DNA from: Eledone cirrhosa
Taxonomy: Eukaryota
NCBI GenBank assembly: GCA_964016885.1
Contig: CAXHJY010001737.1
Location: 1-64,000, forward strand
Direction: 5' to 3'
DNA: 64,000 bases
Shown here: positions 25,936-41,059 of the stretch, piece by piece
Layout of the letters: every line of letters starts with the position of its first letter
Position numbering within the stretch: position 1 is the stretch's first letter
Translations under genes and position numbers: made by a program
The notes under the pieces: model-generated
What the model saw: only the letters and a program-made list of their open reading frames with translations
Told to the model about the DNA's origin: nothing
Databases searched by the model: none

Positions 25936-27384
25936 TGTATGTGTAGCTTGGTTAGTGGTTATTTTCTGGTATAAATAGTAATTTGTACATATATAGTTTA
26001 GAAAGTATGTCTTATCTCTTGATACCATCACTGGTACTACGTTATAAAACTTTGTTTTAAAGCATTTATATCTCTCTCTCTCTATATATATACATATATA
26101 TAAAAAAAAATTTAAGTTATGTTCCAAACACTAGCGTAATAATGAGTAAGTTAGTTATGTTACTAAATCTCGCAAACTTATTTGCAAACAATAGGCAGTG
26201 GCCTTAGAAATAGAGTAATGAAAGGGTTAAAGAGTTTATATTTATCTAAGAAAAACCCTTCCATTATAATTTTATCTAAGAATCTTTGTTAAGTTATGTT
26301 CCAAACACTAACTTAAAAATGAGAAAGTTATTTTACTAAATCTCTTGAAATTCTTGATTATTTTCAGAAACATTTTTTCTTTGAAAATAATAGGCAGTGC
26401 TTTTCATGAGAAATATGGTAAACAAGAGTTAAACATAGAACTCTGTAGAGATCTTTCTAGAGAGTTTTTCTAATAGAGTTCCACCAGGACAGGTTCCAGT
26501 CTTATGAGAACTCCCTATAGATAAAGTGTTGTGTCAGTAGAGAGCTCTCTCTGTAGATATGGTGTTGTGTGTTCATAGAGAGCTCTCTGTATAGAGAAAA
26601 GAACTCTATACATATGTAGTTGTTGTGTGTCAGTAGAGAGCTCCCTATGTAAAGAGAACTTTCTGTAGATATGGTGTTGTTGTGAGTTGGTAAAGAGCTC
26701 TCTCTGTAGATATGGTGATGTTGTGTTGGTAGAGAGCTGTTTGTGTGAAGAGAAGAGAGAGCCACAATCTAGAGGAGAGATCACAAGAAAGAGATTTTTT
26801 TTGTATATGTGAAGTTGTATGGGGGTGAGAGGAGACAGAAAGAGAGAGTGAGAGTGTGCATAAAAGAGTGTTACAGAGTGAAAGAGAGAGAATGTGTGTG
26901 AAATAGAGATAGTTATAGAGTGAGAGGGAGAATGTGGGAAAGAAAGTTTGCACGTATATATATACACATACATCTAAACATACACACACACATATTTACA
27001 TACATGTACATGGTGGATCCTCAATGCGTATCCAATTGTTTCATCAACATGGTGAAAATGGCTGAGTATTCCAGACACATATAACCTTAACATAAGTCTT
27101 ATGTGAAATCAGTATGACACTGAGTGGATATGCCGATTCTTTGAATTTCAGATACAATCCATTAGACGGGCATCCACACAGCTTCTGTCCACCCCGTTTC
27201 TCCCACCAGGCTTGGGTTGATCCGAGGCTGTGGTAAAAGACACTTGCCTAAAATGCCACGCTGTGGGATTGAACACACAACCTCATGATGACATACAGGA
27301 GTCCACGTAGACATACAAGTTCACATACATACACATTTACATATATATACATTCTTACATGCACACATACATGTTGATTGCTAC

Positions 27385-29085
27385 TTCTCGTCACAAGAGT
27401 GCCATCCCTTCATTGAACATTGCATGATTGTGTGCACGCAGGTGACTTTTCAGACCTGCTTTTGTTTTGCAGGTATGTTCACAGATGTGGCATTTGAACT
27501 GCCTGTCTCCTGCCAATACCAACTGGGGTGTGTCTTCAAGCATTTTACCATGTCTAGTCAGATTACCCACTGACTTGCAAATTAAACCACACTCACTGCA
27601 AATGTACCATGGAGTGTGTGGCAGTAGAACCATCTCACAGTTGGCTCCATTTCTTCCAGGCTCATGTCATTTCAGATGGTTAACAAAACCAGCTCTCGTT
27701 AGAATAAATTGGCCACATTCATTGCACCTGGATTTTTGGCCACGTTCATTGCTGCTGGATTTTTGTCCCGTTTATGAAGTGAACGCTTCAAAAGAGCATG
27801 CTCCACTTGCTTTTTCTCAAAGAAATCCATGATTTACGGCCTTGAGCCAGTCTTTCCCAGTTCTCCATATCAATCTTCAGAGATTTAAGATTGTCTTTTA
27901 TGACACCCTTAAACTGCTTCTTTGGTTTATGCTGTGGCTTTTCCTCTGGTCAGCTCTCCATAAAATAACTGTATCAGCCTATCCTCTATCCTGACCACAT
28001 GACCAGCCCAACACATCTGGGTCATAATAATCCTCGTCTCAAAACTGGTGTTACCCGTTTTCTCGAGTACTGCAGCATCAGGTGTGTAAGAGGACCACTT
28101 GATGTTCAGTTCAGGATGCGCCATATAAAACGCTGATGAAATCTTTCCAACTGCCTGTAAGTTGGCCATGTTTCGCATCCATATAGCAGGGCTGTAAGAA
28201 CACAGGCCTCATACACAGAGAGCTTTGTGTTTCTTGTGATACCCCGATTTGACCAGATTCGCTTCTCAAGCTTCCCGAAGGCAACACTTGCTTTAGCAAT
28301 CCTGTGATTTATTTCAGCAGCGAGGGTACCATCTCTGCAAAGTGTACTACCAAGAGACACAAAGCTCTCCACCACCTCAAGTCTTTTTACTCTCACAAAA
28401 ATGTCTGGCTCCACATACACTTTACCCAACTGGGGAGTGTACATGACCTTTGTCTTTTTTAGACTAATATTTAGCCCAAACACAGTACATGCATTGGAAA
28501 AGGTGTCCAATATCAACTGCATCTCCACTACTGTGTGAGCCACAAGATCTGCACCATCAGCATACAGGAACTCCCTAACAAGAATGCCCAATGTTTTAGA
28601 CTTGGTATTAAACCATCTTAGATTAAAGACTTTGCCAGAGGTTCTAATTTGCAAGCATACACCGACTTCAAAGTCTTGGCAGGTATACGTAAACAGCATG
28701 GTAATGTATACTTGGTATAATGGCACTTGTTGCTCAACATATTTCTCCATTAGCTGACAGGCTGAGAAAATCATGTCCATAGTACCCTGCCCAGCTCTGA
28801 AGCCACACTGGGTCTCAGTGATGACACCAGGGCAGATCCATTTGTTAAACAATTCAGCAAGACTTTGGATAAGACTTTTCCTACAGATTCAAGCAGACTT
28901 ATACCACGATAATCACTGTATTCCGACTTGGAGCCCTTGCCCTCGTAAATCGAGAGCAAAATTGCATCTACCCAGTCTTGCAGGACAGGCTCACCATGCC
29001 ATAGAGATAAGAAGGCCCCAGGCCCCATGAATGGCCATAGCAAGACTGTTTTCTCTAAAGCGAATCAGCTCAACAGGTACTCCAT
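27385..29085 (-). mobile_element. Degraded RTE/BovB-like LINE fragment with C-terminal C2H2 zinc fingers
   Basis: YRGISLL, QCGFRAG, FLYAD, LLYGCETW, WAGHVVR, CSECGLIC..H, CHICEHTCKTKAGLKSHLRAH across frameshifted ORFs. Confidence 0.85.
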
Positions 29086-29750
29086 CCATTTATACATATA
29101 CATACACACATGTAGATACATACACATATATACATATACATACACACATGTAGATACATACACATATATACATATACATACACACATGTAGATACATACA
29201 CATATATACATATACATACACATATATACATGTACATATATACATATACATACACACATGTAGATACATACACATATATACATATACATATGTAGAAACA
29301 TACACATATATGCATGTACATATATACATATACATACACACATGTAGACACATACACATATATACATGTACATATATACATATACATACACACATGTAGA
29401 TACATATATACAAATAGACACAGGCAAATATACATATATGTACATATACATATATTTATAAACATACACACACGTGCGTATAGATACATACATGTATATA
29501 TATATATAATTTATATATATATATATATATATATACATACACGTATGTATCTGTGTCTGTATATATACACATACACATTGATACATACATACATACACAC
29601 ATAGATATATGTTCTTAAACACACATACATATAGATACATATATACAGATATATATATATATATATACATGAAGGTGGTTTCCCAGCATTACATTAGTTT
29701 TGATGGCTAAAATAGACAGAAGTGTATATACAGACACACACACACATATG

Positions 29751-29782
<32 letters not shown>

Positions 29783-30005
29783 TATATATATACCTGTATA
29801 TGTACATGTATGTATAAATAAACTCTGTATTTATTATATTGAGTACTCTTCACTTTGACAAATAGAACACATTTGATCATATGTATATAAGTTGTAATAT
29901 ATATATATACATATATATAATAGTAGAACACTGGAGTGTTATATCCGTAGTAGTAGAGCACTCAGTCCATGGGACGAGTTTCCTTTTCCGTACAACTTCA
30001 TTTAG

Positions 30006-30048
30006 ACCGAGCTGAAGATCCGAATAAGGTGAAACATTTGTTCTCGGT
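30006..30048 (+). ncRNA. Minimal type I hammerhead ribozyme, family 3 (GUU triplet, cleavage after U30042)
   Basis: accgag CTGAAGA t-cc(gaataa)gg-t GAAA ca(tt)tG TT ctcggt; perfect 6-bp stem I. Confidence 0.72.
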
Positions 30049-30073
30049 ATGGTGAACTAACTGTTGTGGAACT

Positions 30074-30148
<75 letters not shown>

Positions 30149-30339
30149 ATATATATTTCTATTTTTGATACAGAATAATAATACACAGAATTTTCTCGAG
30201 AGAGAGAGAGTGAGAGAGATAGATAGATAGGGAGGGTTAGAGATAGATAGATAGAGTGAGAGAGAGATAGAGAAAACCAAACTATAGACTGGACTTTTAA
30301 TAATCCACATATGACGGGCATTAACTGACTGATAGATCT

Positions 30340-30393
<54 letters not shown>

Positions 30394-30675
30394 CTTTGTA
30401 TATATATAAACTGTCACTTCCCCCTCCTCTTCCCTGCTCTTTTTTAAATCTTTTCTTTTAGTCTTTGCCAACTGGCAGCTCAGTTTGTTGTTGTTAATGT
30501 TGGTTGTGTTGGTGTTGTTTGTGTTGGTGGCCCCCGAACAAGCATATAGCGTCTAGTCCTGCTTTGTTCGGTGAAGTTTGTATAAGTCTATGAGACTGGA
30601 CAAAAGAGGAAGTGGGGACAGCAGTTACAATCATCATACATAAAACTAAAGTGGACCCTGGTATTTTGTTTATTT

Positions 30676-30745
30676 TCAGACCTCGTGTTGGAGGTATTGG
30701 TTGGTGAAGGACTTTAGTTCACTGTCCAGCCAATCGGCTTTGTTT
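30676..30745 (-). CDS. MFN2: Mitofusin last coding exon ([22 protein letters not shown])
   Basis: ttcag acceptor, frame continues from previous exon, TGA stop. Confidence 0.92.
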
Positions 30746-33700
30746 CTGAAAACAAACAAAAACAAATAAATATATAATTAATTAAACAAATGAAAGAGCA
30801 ACATTAAACAAACAGAAACTATCTGATCATCAGATCAATGGACCAGGGAATCAATGTTTCCATTGTTGATACTATCTGTCAGTCACAACTCCTGGCAGAA
30901 AAAAAGAGCTGATCATCAGATGAGACCAAGGAAACAATGTCTCCATTGGTCTTTCCATTGTTGATACTATCTGTCAGTCACAACTCCTGGCAGAAGAAAG
31001 GAGCTGATCATCAGATCAGACCAAGGAAACAATGTCTCCATTGGTCTTTCCATTGTTGATACTATCTGTCAGTCACAACTCCTGGTAGAAGAAAGGAACT
31101 GATTATTAGATCAGACCAATGAAACTATGTTTCCATTGGTCTTTGCATTATTGATACTATCTGTCAGTCACAACTCCTGGTAGAAGAAAGGAACTGATTA
31201 TTAGATCAGACCAATGAAACTATGTTTCCATTGGTCTTTCCATTGCTGATACTATCTGTCAGTCACAACTCCTGGTAGAAGAAAGGAACTGATTATTAGA
31301 TCAGACCAATGAAACTATGTTTCCATTGGTCTTTGCATTATTGATACTATCTGTCAGTCACAACTCCTGGTAGAAGAAAGGAACTGATTATTAGATCAGA
31401 CCAATGAAACTATGTTTCCATTGGTCTTTCCATTGTTGATACTATCTGTCAGTCACAACTCCTGGTAGAAGAAAGGAACTGATTATTAGATCAGACCAAT
31501 GAAACTATGTTTCCATTGGTCTTTGCATTATTGATACTATCTGTCAGTCACAACTCCTGGTAGAAGAAAGGAACTGATTATTAGATCAGACCAATGAAAC
31601 TATGTTTCCATTGGTCTTTCCATTGTTGATACTATCTGTCAGTCACAACTCCTGGTAGAAGAAAGGAACTGATTATTAGATCAGACCAATGAAACAATGT
31701 CTCCATTGGTCTTTCCATTGTTGATACTATCTGTCAGTCACAACTCCTGGTAGAAGAAAGGAACTGATTATTAGATCAGACCAATGAAACTATGTTTCCA
31801 TTGGTCTTTGCATTATTGATACTATCTGTCAGTCACAACTCCTGGTAGAAGAAAGGAACTGATTATTAGATCAGACCAATGAAACTATGTTTCCATTGGT
31901 CTTTCCATTGCTGATACTATCTGTCAGTCACAACTCCTGGCAGAAGAATGGAACTAGTCATCAGATCAGACCAAGGAAACAATGTCTCCATTGGTCTTTC
32001 CATTGTTGATACTATCTTTCAGTCACAACTCCTGGCAGAAGAAAGAAACTGATTATTAGATCAGACCAAGGAAACAATGTCTCCACAAGTCTTTCCATTG
32101 CTGATACTATCTGTCAGTCACAACTCCTGGTAGAAGAAAGAAACTGATTATTAGATCAGACCAAGGAAACAATGTCTCCACAAGTCTTTCCATTGTTGAT
32201 ACTATCTGTCAGTCACAACTCCTGGCAGAAGAAAGAAACTGATTATTAGATCAGACCAAGGAAACAATGTCTCCACAAGTCTTTCCATTGCTGATACTAT
32301 CTGTCAGTCACAACTCCTGGTAGAAGAAAGAAACTGATTATTAGATCAGACCAAGGAAACAATGTCTCCACAAGTCTTTCCATTGCTGATACTATCTGTC
32401 AGTCACAACTCCTGGCAGAAGAATGGAACTAGTCATCAGATCAGACCAAGGAAACAATGTCTCCATTGGTCTTTCCATTGTTGATACTATCTTTCAGTCA
32501 CAACTCCTGGCAGAAGAAAGAAACTGATTATTAGATCAGACCAAGGAAACAATGTCTCCACAAGTCTTTCCATTGCTGATACTATCTGTCAGTCACAACT
32601 CCTGGTAGAAGAAAGAAACTGATTATTAGATCAGACCAAGGAAACAATGTCTCCACAAGTCTTTCCATTGTTGATACTATCTGTCAGTCACAACTCCTGG
32701 CAGAAGAAAGAAACTGATTATTAGATCAGACCAAGGAAACAATGTCTCCACAAGTCTTTCCATTGCTGATACTATCTGTCAGTCACAACTCCTGGCAGAA
32801 GAATGGAACTAGTCATCAGATCAGACCAAGGAAACAATGTCTCCATTGGTCTTTGCATTATTGATACTATCTTTCAGTCACAACTCCTGGCAGAAGAAAG
32901 GAACTGATTATTAGATCAGACCAAGGAAACAATGTCTCCACAAGTCTTTCCATTGCTGATACTATCTGTCAGTCACAACTCCTGGCAGAAGAATGGAACT
33001 AGTCATCAGATCAGACCAAGGAAACAATGTCTCCATTGGTCTTTCCATTGTTGATACTATCTTTCAGTCACAACTCCTGGCAGAAGAAAGAAACTGATTA
33101 TTAGATCAGACCAAGGAAACAATGTCTCCACAAGTCTTTCCATTGCTGATACTATCTGTCAGTCACAACTCCTGGTAGAAGAAAGAAACTGATTATTAGA
33201 TCAGACCAAGGAAACAATGTCTCCACAAGTCTTTCCATTGTTGATACTATCTGTCAGTCACAACTCCTGGCAGAAGAAAGAAACTGATTATTAGATCAGA
33301 CCAAGGAAACAATGTCTCCACAAGTCTTTCCATTGCTGATACTATCTGTCAGTCACAACTCCTGGCAGAAGAATGGAACTAGTCATCAGATCAGACCAAG
33401 GAAACAATGTCTCCATTGGTCTTTGCATTATTGATACTATCTTTCAGTCACAACTCCTGGCAGAAGAAAGGAACTGATTATTAGATCAGACCAAGGAAAC
33501 AATGTCTCCACAAGTCTTTCCATTGCTGATACTATCTGTCAGTCACAACTCCTGGCAGAAGAAAGGAACTGATTATTAGATCAGACCAAGGAAACAATGT
33601 CTCCACAAGTCTTTCCATTGCTGATACTATCTGTCAGTCACAACTCCTGGCAGAAGAATGGAACTGATTATTAGATCAGACCAAGGAAACAATGTCTCCA

Positions 33701-36700
33701 CAAGTCTTTCCATTGCTGATACTATCTGTCAGTCACAACTCCTGGTAGAAGAAAGGAACTGATTATTAGATCAGACCAAGGAAACAATGTCTCCACAAGT
33801 CTTTCCATTGCTGATACTATCTGTCAGTCACAACTCCTGGCAGAAGAATGGAACTGATTATTAGATCAGACCAAGGAAACAATGTCTCCACAAGTCTTTC
33901 CATTGCTGATACTATCTGTCAGTCACAACTCCTGGCAGAAGAATGGAACTGATTATTAGATCAGACCAAGGAAACAATGTCTCCACAAGTCTTTCCATTG
34001 CTGATACTATCTGTCAGTCACAACTCCTGGCAGAAGAAAGGAACTGATTATTAGATCAGACCAAGGAAACAATGTCTCCACAAGTCTTTCCATTGCTGAT
34101 ACTATCTGTCAGTCACAACTCCTGGCAGAAGAATGGAGCTGATCATCAGATCAGACCAAGGAAACAATGTCTCCACAAGTCTTTCCATTGCTGATACTAT
34201 CTGTCAGTCACAACTCCTGGCAGAAGAAAGGAGCTGATCATCAGATCAGACCAAGGAAACAATGTCTCCACAAGTCTTTCCATTGCTGATACTATCTGTC
34301 AGTCACAACTCCTGGTAGAAGAAAGGAACTGATTATTAGATCAGACCAAGGAAACAATGTCTCCACAAGTCTTTCCATTGCTGATACTATCTGTCAGTCA
34401 CAACTCCTGGCAGAAGAATGGAACTGATTATTAGATCAGACCAAGGAAACAATGTCTCCACAAGTCTTTCCATTGCTGATACTATCTGTCAGTCACAACT
34501 CCTGGCAGAAGAATGGAACTGATTATTAGATCAGACCAAGGAAACAATGTCTCCACAAGTCTTTCCATTGCTGATACTATCTGTCAGTCACAACTCCTGG
34601 CAGAAGAAAGGAACTGATTATTAGATCAGACCAAGGAAACAATGTCTCCACAAGTCTTTCCATTGCTGATACTATCTGTCAGTCACAACTCCTGGCAGAA
34701 GAATGGAGCTGATCATCAGATCAGACCAAGGAAACAATGTCTCCACAAGTCTTTCCATTGCTGATACTATCTGTCAGTCACAACTCCTGGCAGAAGAAAG
34801 GAACTGATTATTAGATCAGACCAAGGAAACAATGTCTCCACAAGTCTTTCCATTGCTGATACTATCTGTCAGTCACAACTCCTGGCAGAAGAATGGAGCT
34901 GATCATCAGATCAGACCAAGGAAACAATGTCTCCACAAGTCTTTCCATTGCTGATACTATCTGTCAGTCACAACTCCTGGCAGAAGAAAGGAACTGATTA
35001 TTAGATCAGACCAAGGAAACAATGTCTCCACAAGTCTTTCCATTGCTGATACTATCTGTCAGTCACACTCCTGTGACCAAAGAAACAATGTTTCCAATGG
35101 TCATTCCATTAGAACCCAGACCAGACCAGCACCAGCTCTACGTACCTCAATGTCTTTGACTTAGAAGTGATGTCCTTTAGTTGGTCAATGTCCTTCTGTA
35201 TTTTCTGGATTTCATCTTCTAACTGTTTCCTGGACAGGTCAACTTGGTGGCACACAACAGAGAAAGTGGAGGTCAGCTCCCTGGAGTGAGAGTGTGAATA
35301 TGAGAGAGAATGGAGATATGGGGAAATTGTCTGTGTATATTTATGTTTATGGTAGTGTATATGTGTGTGAATATGTAGTGCTACTGGCAGTATGTGAGTA
35401 TATATATGTATTATGTCAGGTCGCTCTTGAGTGCTACTGGTAACATGTAACCCAGTTCAACCTGTCTCATGGTCGGGTTGTTGGCAATTAAACCGGCAAC
35501 TCCACCAAACAAGCTTGGTGAGGAGACGATATCTGGACACCCTGCTGGATTGAAATACAAGACCCAGCAAAGGGCGGAGGAACTCAGCAGAGTCAACGGT
35601 CATCCAAATAGTAGTCTTTTTTTAAAATGTGTATACACTTCTAAGTGTAGATGTGTATATATATGTGTACATGTGTGCAGTGTTAGTGGCAATGTGTATA
35701 TGTATACATGTGTATACCATGCCAGTGGTAATATGTATATGTATGTCATCATCATCGTTTAACGTCTATCTTCCACGCTAGCATGGGTTAGACGGGAATT
35801 GTCCCATTTGAGGCAAGATTGGTCGGGTGACTATGCCTCACTTGTATAGGACTATCTGGCAGGTTTTCTACGGCTGGATGCTCTTCCTAACACCAACCAC
35901 ATTTACAGTGTGGACTGGGAGCTTTTTACCAGGTTACCTACACGACCACATTGCAGCGTGGACTGTGTATTTCTTTTTGTGTATACATATGTGTATATGT
36001 GTGTAGAGTGCCAGTGGTAATATGTCTATGTTACTTACTGTTTCACCTGGTGACTACAGTTGGAGCTGGTTAAATCTACAATCAGCCGTAACTTACTGCT
36101 CGCGTACTCTACATATTGACGTTTGAAAGCCCTTTCTTTGGCTTTATTGGTCCACGTTAGCCTTTCATAACAATACAGGAGACCATACAAGGCCCCACTT
36201 ACTGCAATCACCCGCCAGCCGGCAGCTTTTGTAATCTGCAAATAAATACAACAACAACAATAACAAGGGATTCAAAATTTTGATAGGGTTTAAACAAAAA
36301 TTTTGGTAAGGTTTATACCAGTCATGGGCAACCTGCAGCCCACAAAGCTTTCTGAATGGCTTGCCTAAGTCACGTAAGTGAAATCTTTCTGATTTTTTTT
36401 CAGTCGTAATTTACCTTTCTATCATTTTTACGATCGTGTTCGAATTCTGAAATCAAAACAACCCGAGTTACCGCCCTTTTTTTTAATGTGGGCACGAATG
36501 TAAATTAGCGCCTGTGGCCCACCTGACGATGAGCCAGATCTCATGCGCCCCGCTTCTCGAAAAAGGTTTCCCATGCCTGGTTTAAACTAGTTTTCGTAGG
36601 ATATAAAGTACAATCTTAAAACGGTTTAAACTAAAATTTTGTTAGGGTTTAACCCTTAAGAATTTACATTATTCTATATATATCATTGTATTTTCATAGT

Positions 36701-37810
36701 GAAGACTTTACCTCACATAATACTGAATCTACGAGATTTTGATATTATTTATTTTGAGAACAATACCTTAACATTAGTATGTGTTGGCTGGGTACAGTTG
36801 GTTTGAACAGAAAGAGGTGAGAGAATTCTGGCCGGATACGGTCGGTTTAAATGCTAAAGAGTTAAACTAAAATTTTGGTAGGGTATAAAGTATAATTTGA
36901 ATAGGGTTTAAACTAAAATTTTGGTAGGGTTTAAAGTATATTTTTAATAGGGTTTAAACTAAAATTTTGGTAGTGGAGAAATGCTGTGTTGGAAAGGACC
37001 CATCTGATCCATGCAAGGATGGAAGAACAGATGTTATATAATGCTGAATACACTGTATTTTAATGAAATTATAAAGAATTTTAAGGAATTTACTAAAATT
37101 ATTAATTATTTCATTACTGAGATAGTAACTTAATATATAGTTATCTAAAATTATGTTAAAAAATTTTAATTTAAATAAGAATCGATTGATAAGACCGCAG
37201 TGGTGTGGAGCTTGTCAAATTGGACCAAGGAATTAATGTTTCCATTGGTCTTTCCACTACTGATGCTATCTACCCAGCACAAGTCCTGGTATAAGGAGCA
37301 ATGTGAAATTAAGTGTCTTGCTCAAGAACATAACGCATTGCTTGGTCTGAGATTGAACTCGCAACCTCATGATTTCGAATCCAATTCTCTAACCATTAAA
37401 CCATGCATCTTTGAAAAAAAAGATTAAAATGGGCAGTTTTGTGTCATAGAAGATAATCTGGTCTTGGACTATGACAATTCATCCAGCAAGGAAGGTGGAT
37501 GTAAAATGAGGAAGATGCAAAGTAGTTTTGGCCAGACAGGTAACAAAAAGGCTAAGGTAGGTGAGGTAGGTGTGTGTGGGTGGGTGGGTGGTACTTACCA
37601 TTCCTACGAGAACCATGGCACCGACAGTGGTACGAGAGGTGACTGAGGCAAACGTACTTAATATAGCAACGAGGACTTCACTAGATTGTGACACATCTGT
37701 GACGGTGGGCTGACTGGTCTGAGGTGTCTGATAAATATAATGACAGATTATATATATATATATATATAATAATAATATAATAAATACAAAGACCAAAAGA
37801 GGGGACTCTT

Positions 37811-37841
<31 letters not shown>

Positions 37842-38044
37842 GTGTGTGTATACATATAAACATACGTATGTATGCACACACACAGGAAGTGCCTGTCTCG
37901 CATTACATCTTTTCTATAAGCAACTTTGTTATATATATATACTTCCGTACGAGCAAGACACGGTCTCCCGACAATTCCCGCATCAAATGGAACAAAACTG
38001 TCTAACCCATGCAGGCGTGGAAGATGGACATTAAACGATGATGA

Positions 38045-38095
<51 letters not shown>

Positions 38096-41023
38096 GAGTG
38101 AGAGAGAGAGAGAGTGAGCAAGAGAGAGAGCGAGAGAGAGAGTGAGCAAGAGAGAGAGCGAGAGAGAGGTGAGTGTGAGAGAGAGGAGACAGTGAGCAAG
38201 AGAGAGAGAGGTGAGTGTGAGAGAGCGAGAGAGAGGTAAGTGTGAGAGAGCGAGAGAGAGGCGACAGTGAGAGAGAGCGAGTGAGCGAGTGAGAGAGCGA
38301 GAGAGTGGTGAGTAATAGAGAGAGCGCGAGAGGTGAGTGAGAGAGAGAGCGCGAGAGGTGAGAGAGAGAGAGCGCGAGAGGTGAGAGAGAGATATATTAA
38401 AAAGAAAACAAAAACAAAGATACAACAACAACAACAACAACAACAACAAAACCAATAAATCAGTGTTCCAAATTTTACCGTAATATTCCCCGTTAAGAAG
38501 TTCTGTTTCTTCATTGGCAAGAAGAAGCGCTGCATAAGGGCAGTGGGACCAAATGTGAATCGGAACTCGATGTCTTCATGGAAATCAGCACAGAGGTTCC
38601 GACAATCAAGACGGTACATTAGTTCAAAGTCACGGCCTGGAAATGGTAGCACACTCTGCTGAAGTTTCACCTTGTCTTTGAGTAGTGTCGACATTTGCTC
38701 TGGGATAGAAATGAAGAATATTAAATGATAATTACAGCTCACACCCTGTATGTAAGTTTAGCTGGCCCCACCCACCAGGTTTTTTCTTATACGATACCCC
38801 ATTCCTATAATGTAGTTCTTGTTACAGTTCACATCTATGTAGGTCTAGCTGACCCCACTACCAGGTTCTATCTTATAGGAGACCCCAGTCCTATCATATT
38901 CTTGTTACAACTCACACATCTATGTAGGTCTAGCTGACCCCACTACCAGGTTCTATCTTATAGGAGGCCCCAGTCCTATCATATTCTTGTTACAACTCAC
39001 ACCTCGTATGTAGGTTCAGCTGCCCGCCCCTCACCAGGTTCTATCATGTTCTTCTTGTTATAGTTCACACCTATGTAGGTCTAGCTGACCCCACTACCAG
39101 GTTCTATCTTATAGGAGGCCCCAGTCCTATCATATTCTTGTTACAACTCACACCTCGTATGTAGGTTCAGCTGCCCGCCCCTCACCAGGTTCTATCATGT
39201 TCTTCTTGTTATAGTTCACACCTATGTAGGTTTAGCTAGTCTCAAATGAAGTTATATCTCATAGGAGATTTCTCAGGTGTTTCAAAGATAGGGATGCTGT
39301 TGTTTCACAAAGAAGAACATGAAATGAAAAGCCTTGCTCAAGAACACAACATAAGCTACCTGGTTCAGGAATTGAACCCAATCTCATGATTGTGAAGCCA
39401 ACACCTTAACCACAAGGCCACACGTTTGTTTGTATATATATATATATGTGGTAAATGTGGTTGGTGTTAGGAAGGGCATCCAGCTGTAGAAAACCCGCCA
39501 GACAGTCCTATGCGAGCAAGACAACCACTCTTGCCTCAAGTGGGAAAACTCCCGTCCAAACCCATGCAAGCGTGGAACATGGACGTTAAACGATGATGAT
39601 GATGATGATGATGATGATATGTATATAAAATTACAAGAAAGGAAGCAGGCTGTGTGGTTACACAGTAAACAATGTTTAAGATGGTAATATAGACGAAACA
39701 AGAGAAGAACCCCTCCATCAGCTGTTAACTGCAGATCATAGATGTTTCGGCACTTAAAATATATATATATATCACCTTGATCACTTTGACCGACCAGTCA
39801 GTCGGGCGTCCATTCAATGCCGCTGGTCACAGCACACCGTCCATTCCTCTCTGGATTGTGCTTTCCTCATCCTTGTATTCCCAATCGTATTCTTAAAATC
39901 GTAACTCCACCCTCGTGGAGGCCTTCCGAGTGGTCGTTTCCGCTCGCGCGGGTACCACTCGACAACTATGCGGGAAGCCTTCCGAGTGGTTGTTTCCGCT
40001 CGCAACTGCGGGTCCACCGATTATCAGTGAACCGGGCGACGTGTCCAGCCTATCTGAACTTGCTGCGCATATATTCCGTGATGAAGTCCCTCACGCCGGA
40101 CTTCTGTCTGATGACTTCGCTCCTGATGTGCTCTCTCAACGAGATTCCCAGCATTGATCTCTCCATGGCTCTTTGAGCCGTTACCAGCGTCTGCTCTTCT
40201 TTCTTCGTTGTAGCCCAAGTTTCACTACCATATAACATTGCATGTAAAACTGTGCTATTGAAGAGGTTGGCGTGGGTGGTCTTGTCTAACCTCCCCTTGA
40301 GCACATCTCTATATTTAAGCTATATATATAGATACAATATATTAATAAATGGAAATTGTATTTATAAAACCATATTTATTTTATTATACATATTTCAAGA
40401 GCAACCAAGGCAAATTATGGTGCGCTTTCATCAGATAAAATACAAATTTGTTTTATAAATAAATATTGACATACCCGGAAAAAAGACAACTTTAACGGTT
40501 GGAGCTTCCTGGATCAGTTATAAAAAATTTTAAGCTTGTTGAATCCCAACAAATTAAATATAACCTCTGCATATATATATAAAAAAATAGAGGTGTAACA
40601 CACGAGAGCAAACATCATGGGCGCTCTATCTCAAAATTATTTTTGAAAAGCATTAGAAATGCGCAACCGGTAAAAACTTAAAACTAAAACTGAATACTAA
40701 CCAATACTTATTACTAATTTATACTTATTCCTAATTAAACTATTTTTCACTGGGAAAAATTTGTCAGCATTTTCTTTTCCTTTTACTAATATATATAGCT
40801 TAAAATGGAGTGAGAATAAGAAGAAAGCAAGAACGGGGGGGGGGGGGGGGGGGGGGGGGGAAGAGTTTTTCTCATCAGTTGTCTACAGGGGGTCCCGGAT
40901 ATTTCCACGCTTTAAAGACAATATAACTACCGCCCAGAGTGTTCAATAACTGAGTAAGTTATTGGGAAAACTGAGGAGGGAGGGAAGGAAAATAAAAGGG
41001 AAAAGGGAAGAAAAGAGAAAACA

Positions 41024-41059
<36 letters not shown>

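Noticed and set aside
30825-35110. CRISPR-like regular array (likewise 60310-63810)
   Set aside because: Whole units repeat with no unique spacers, there are no cas genes, and the context is a eukaryotic intron.
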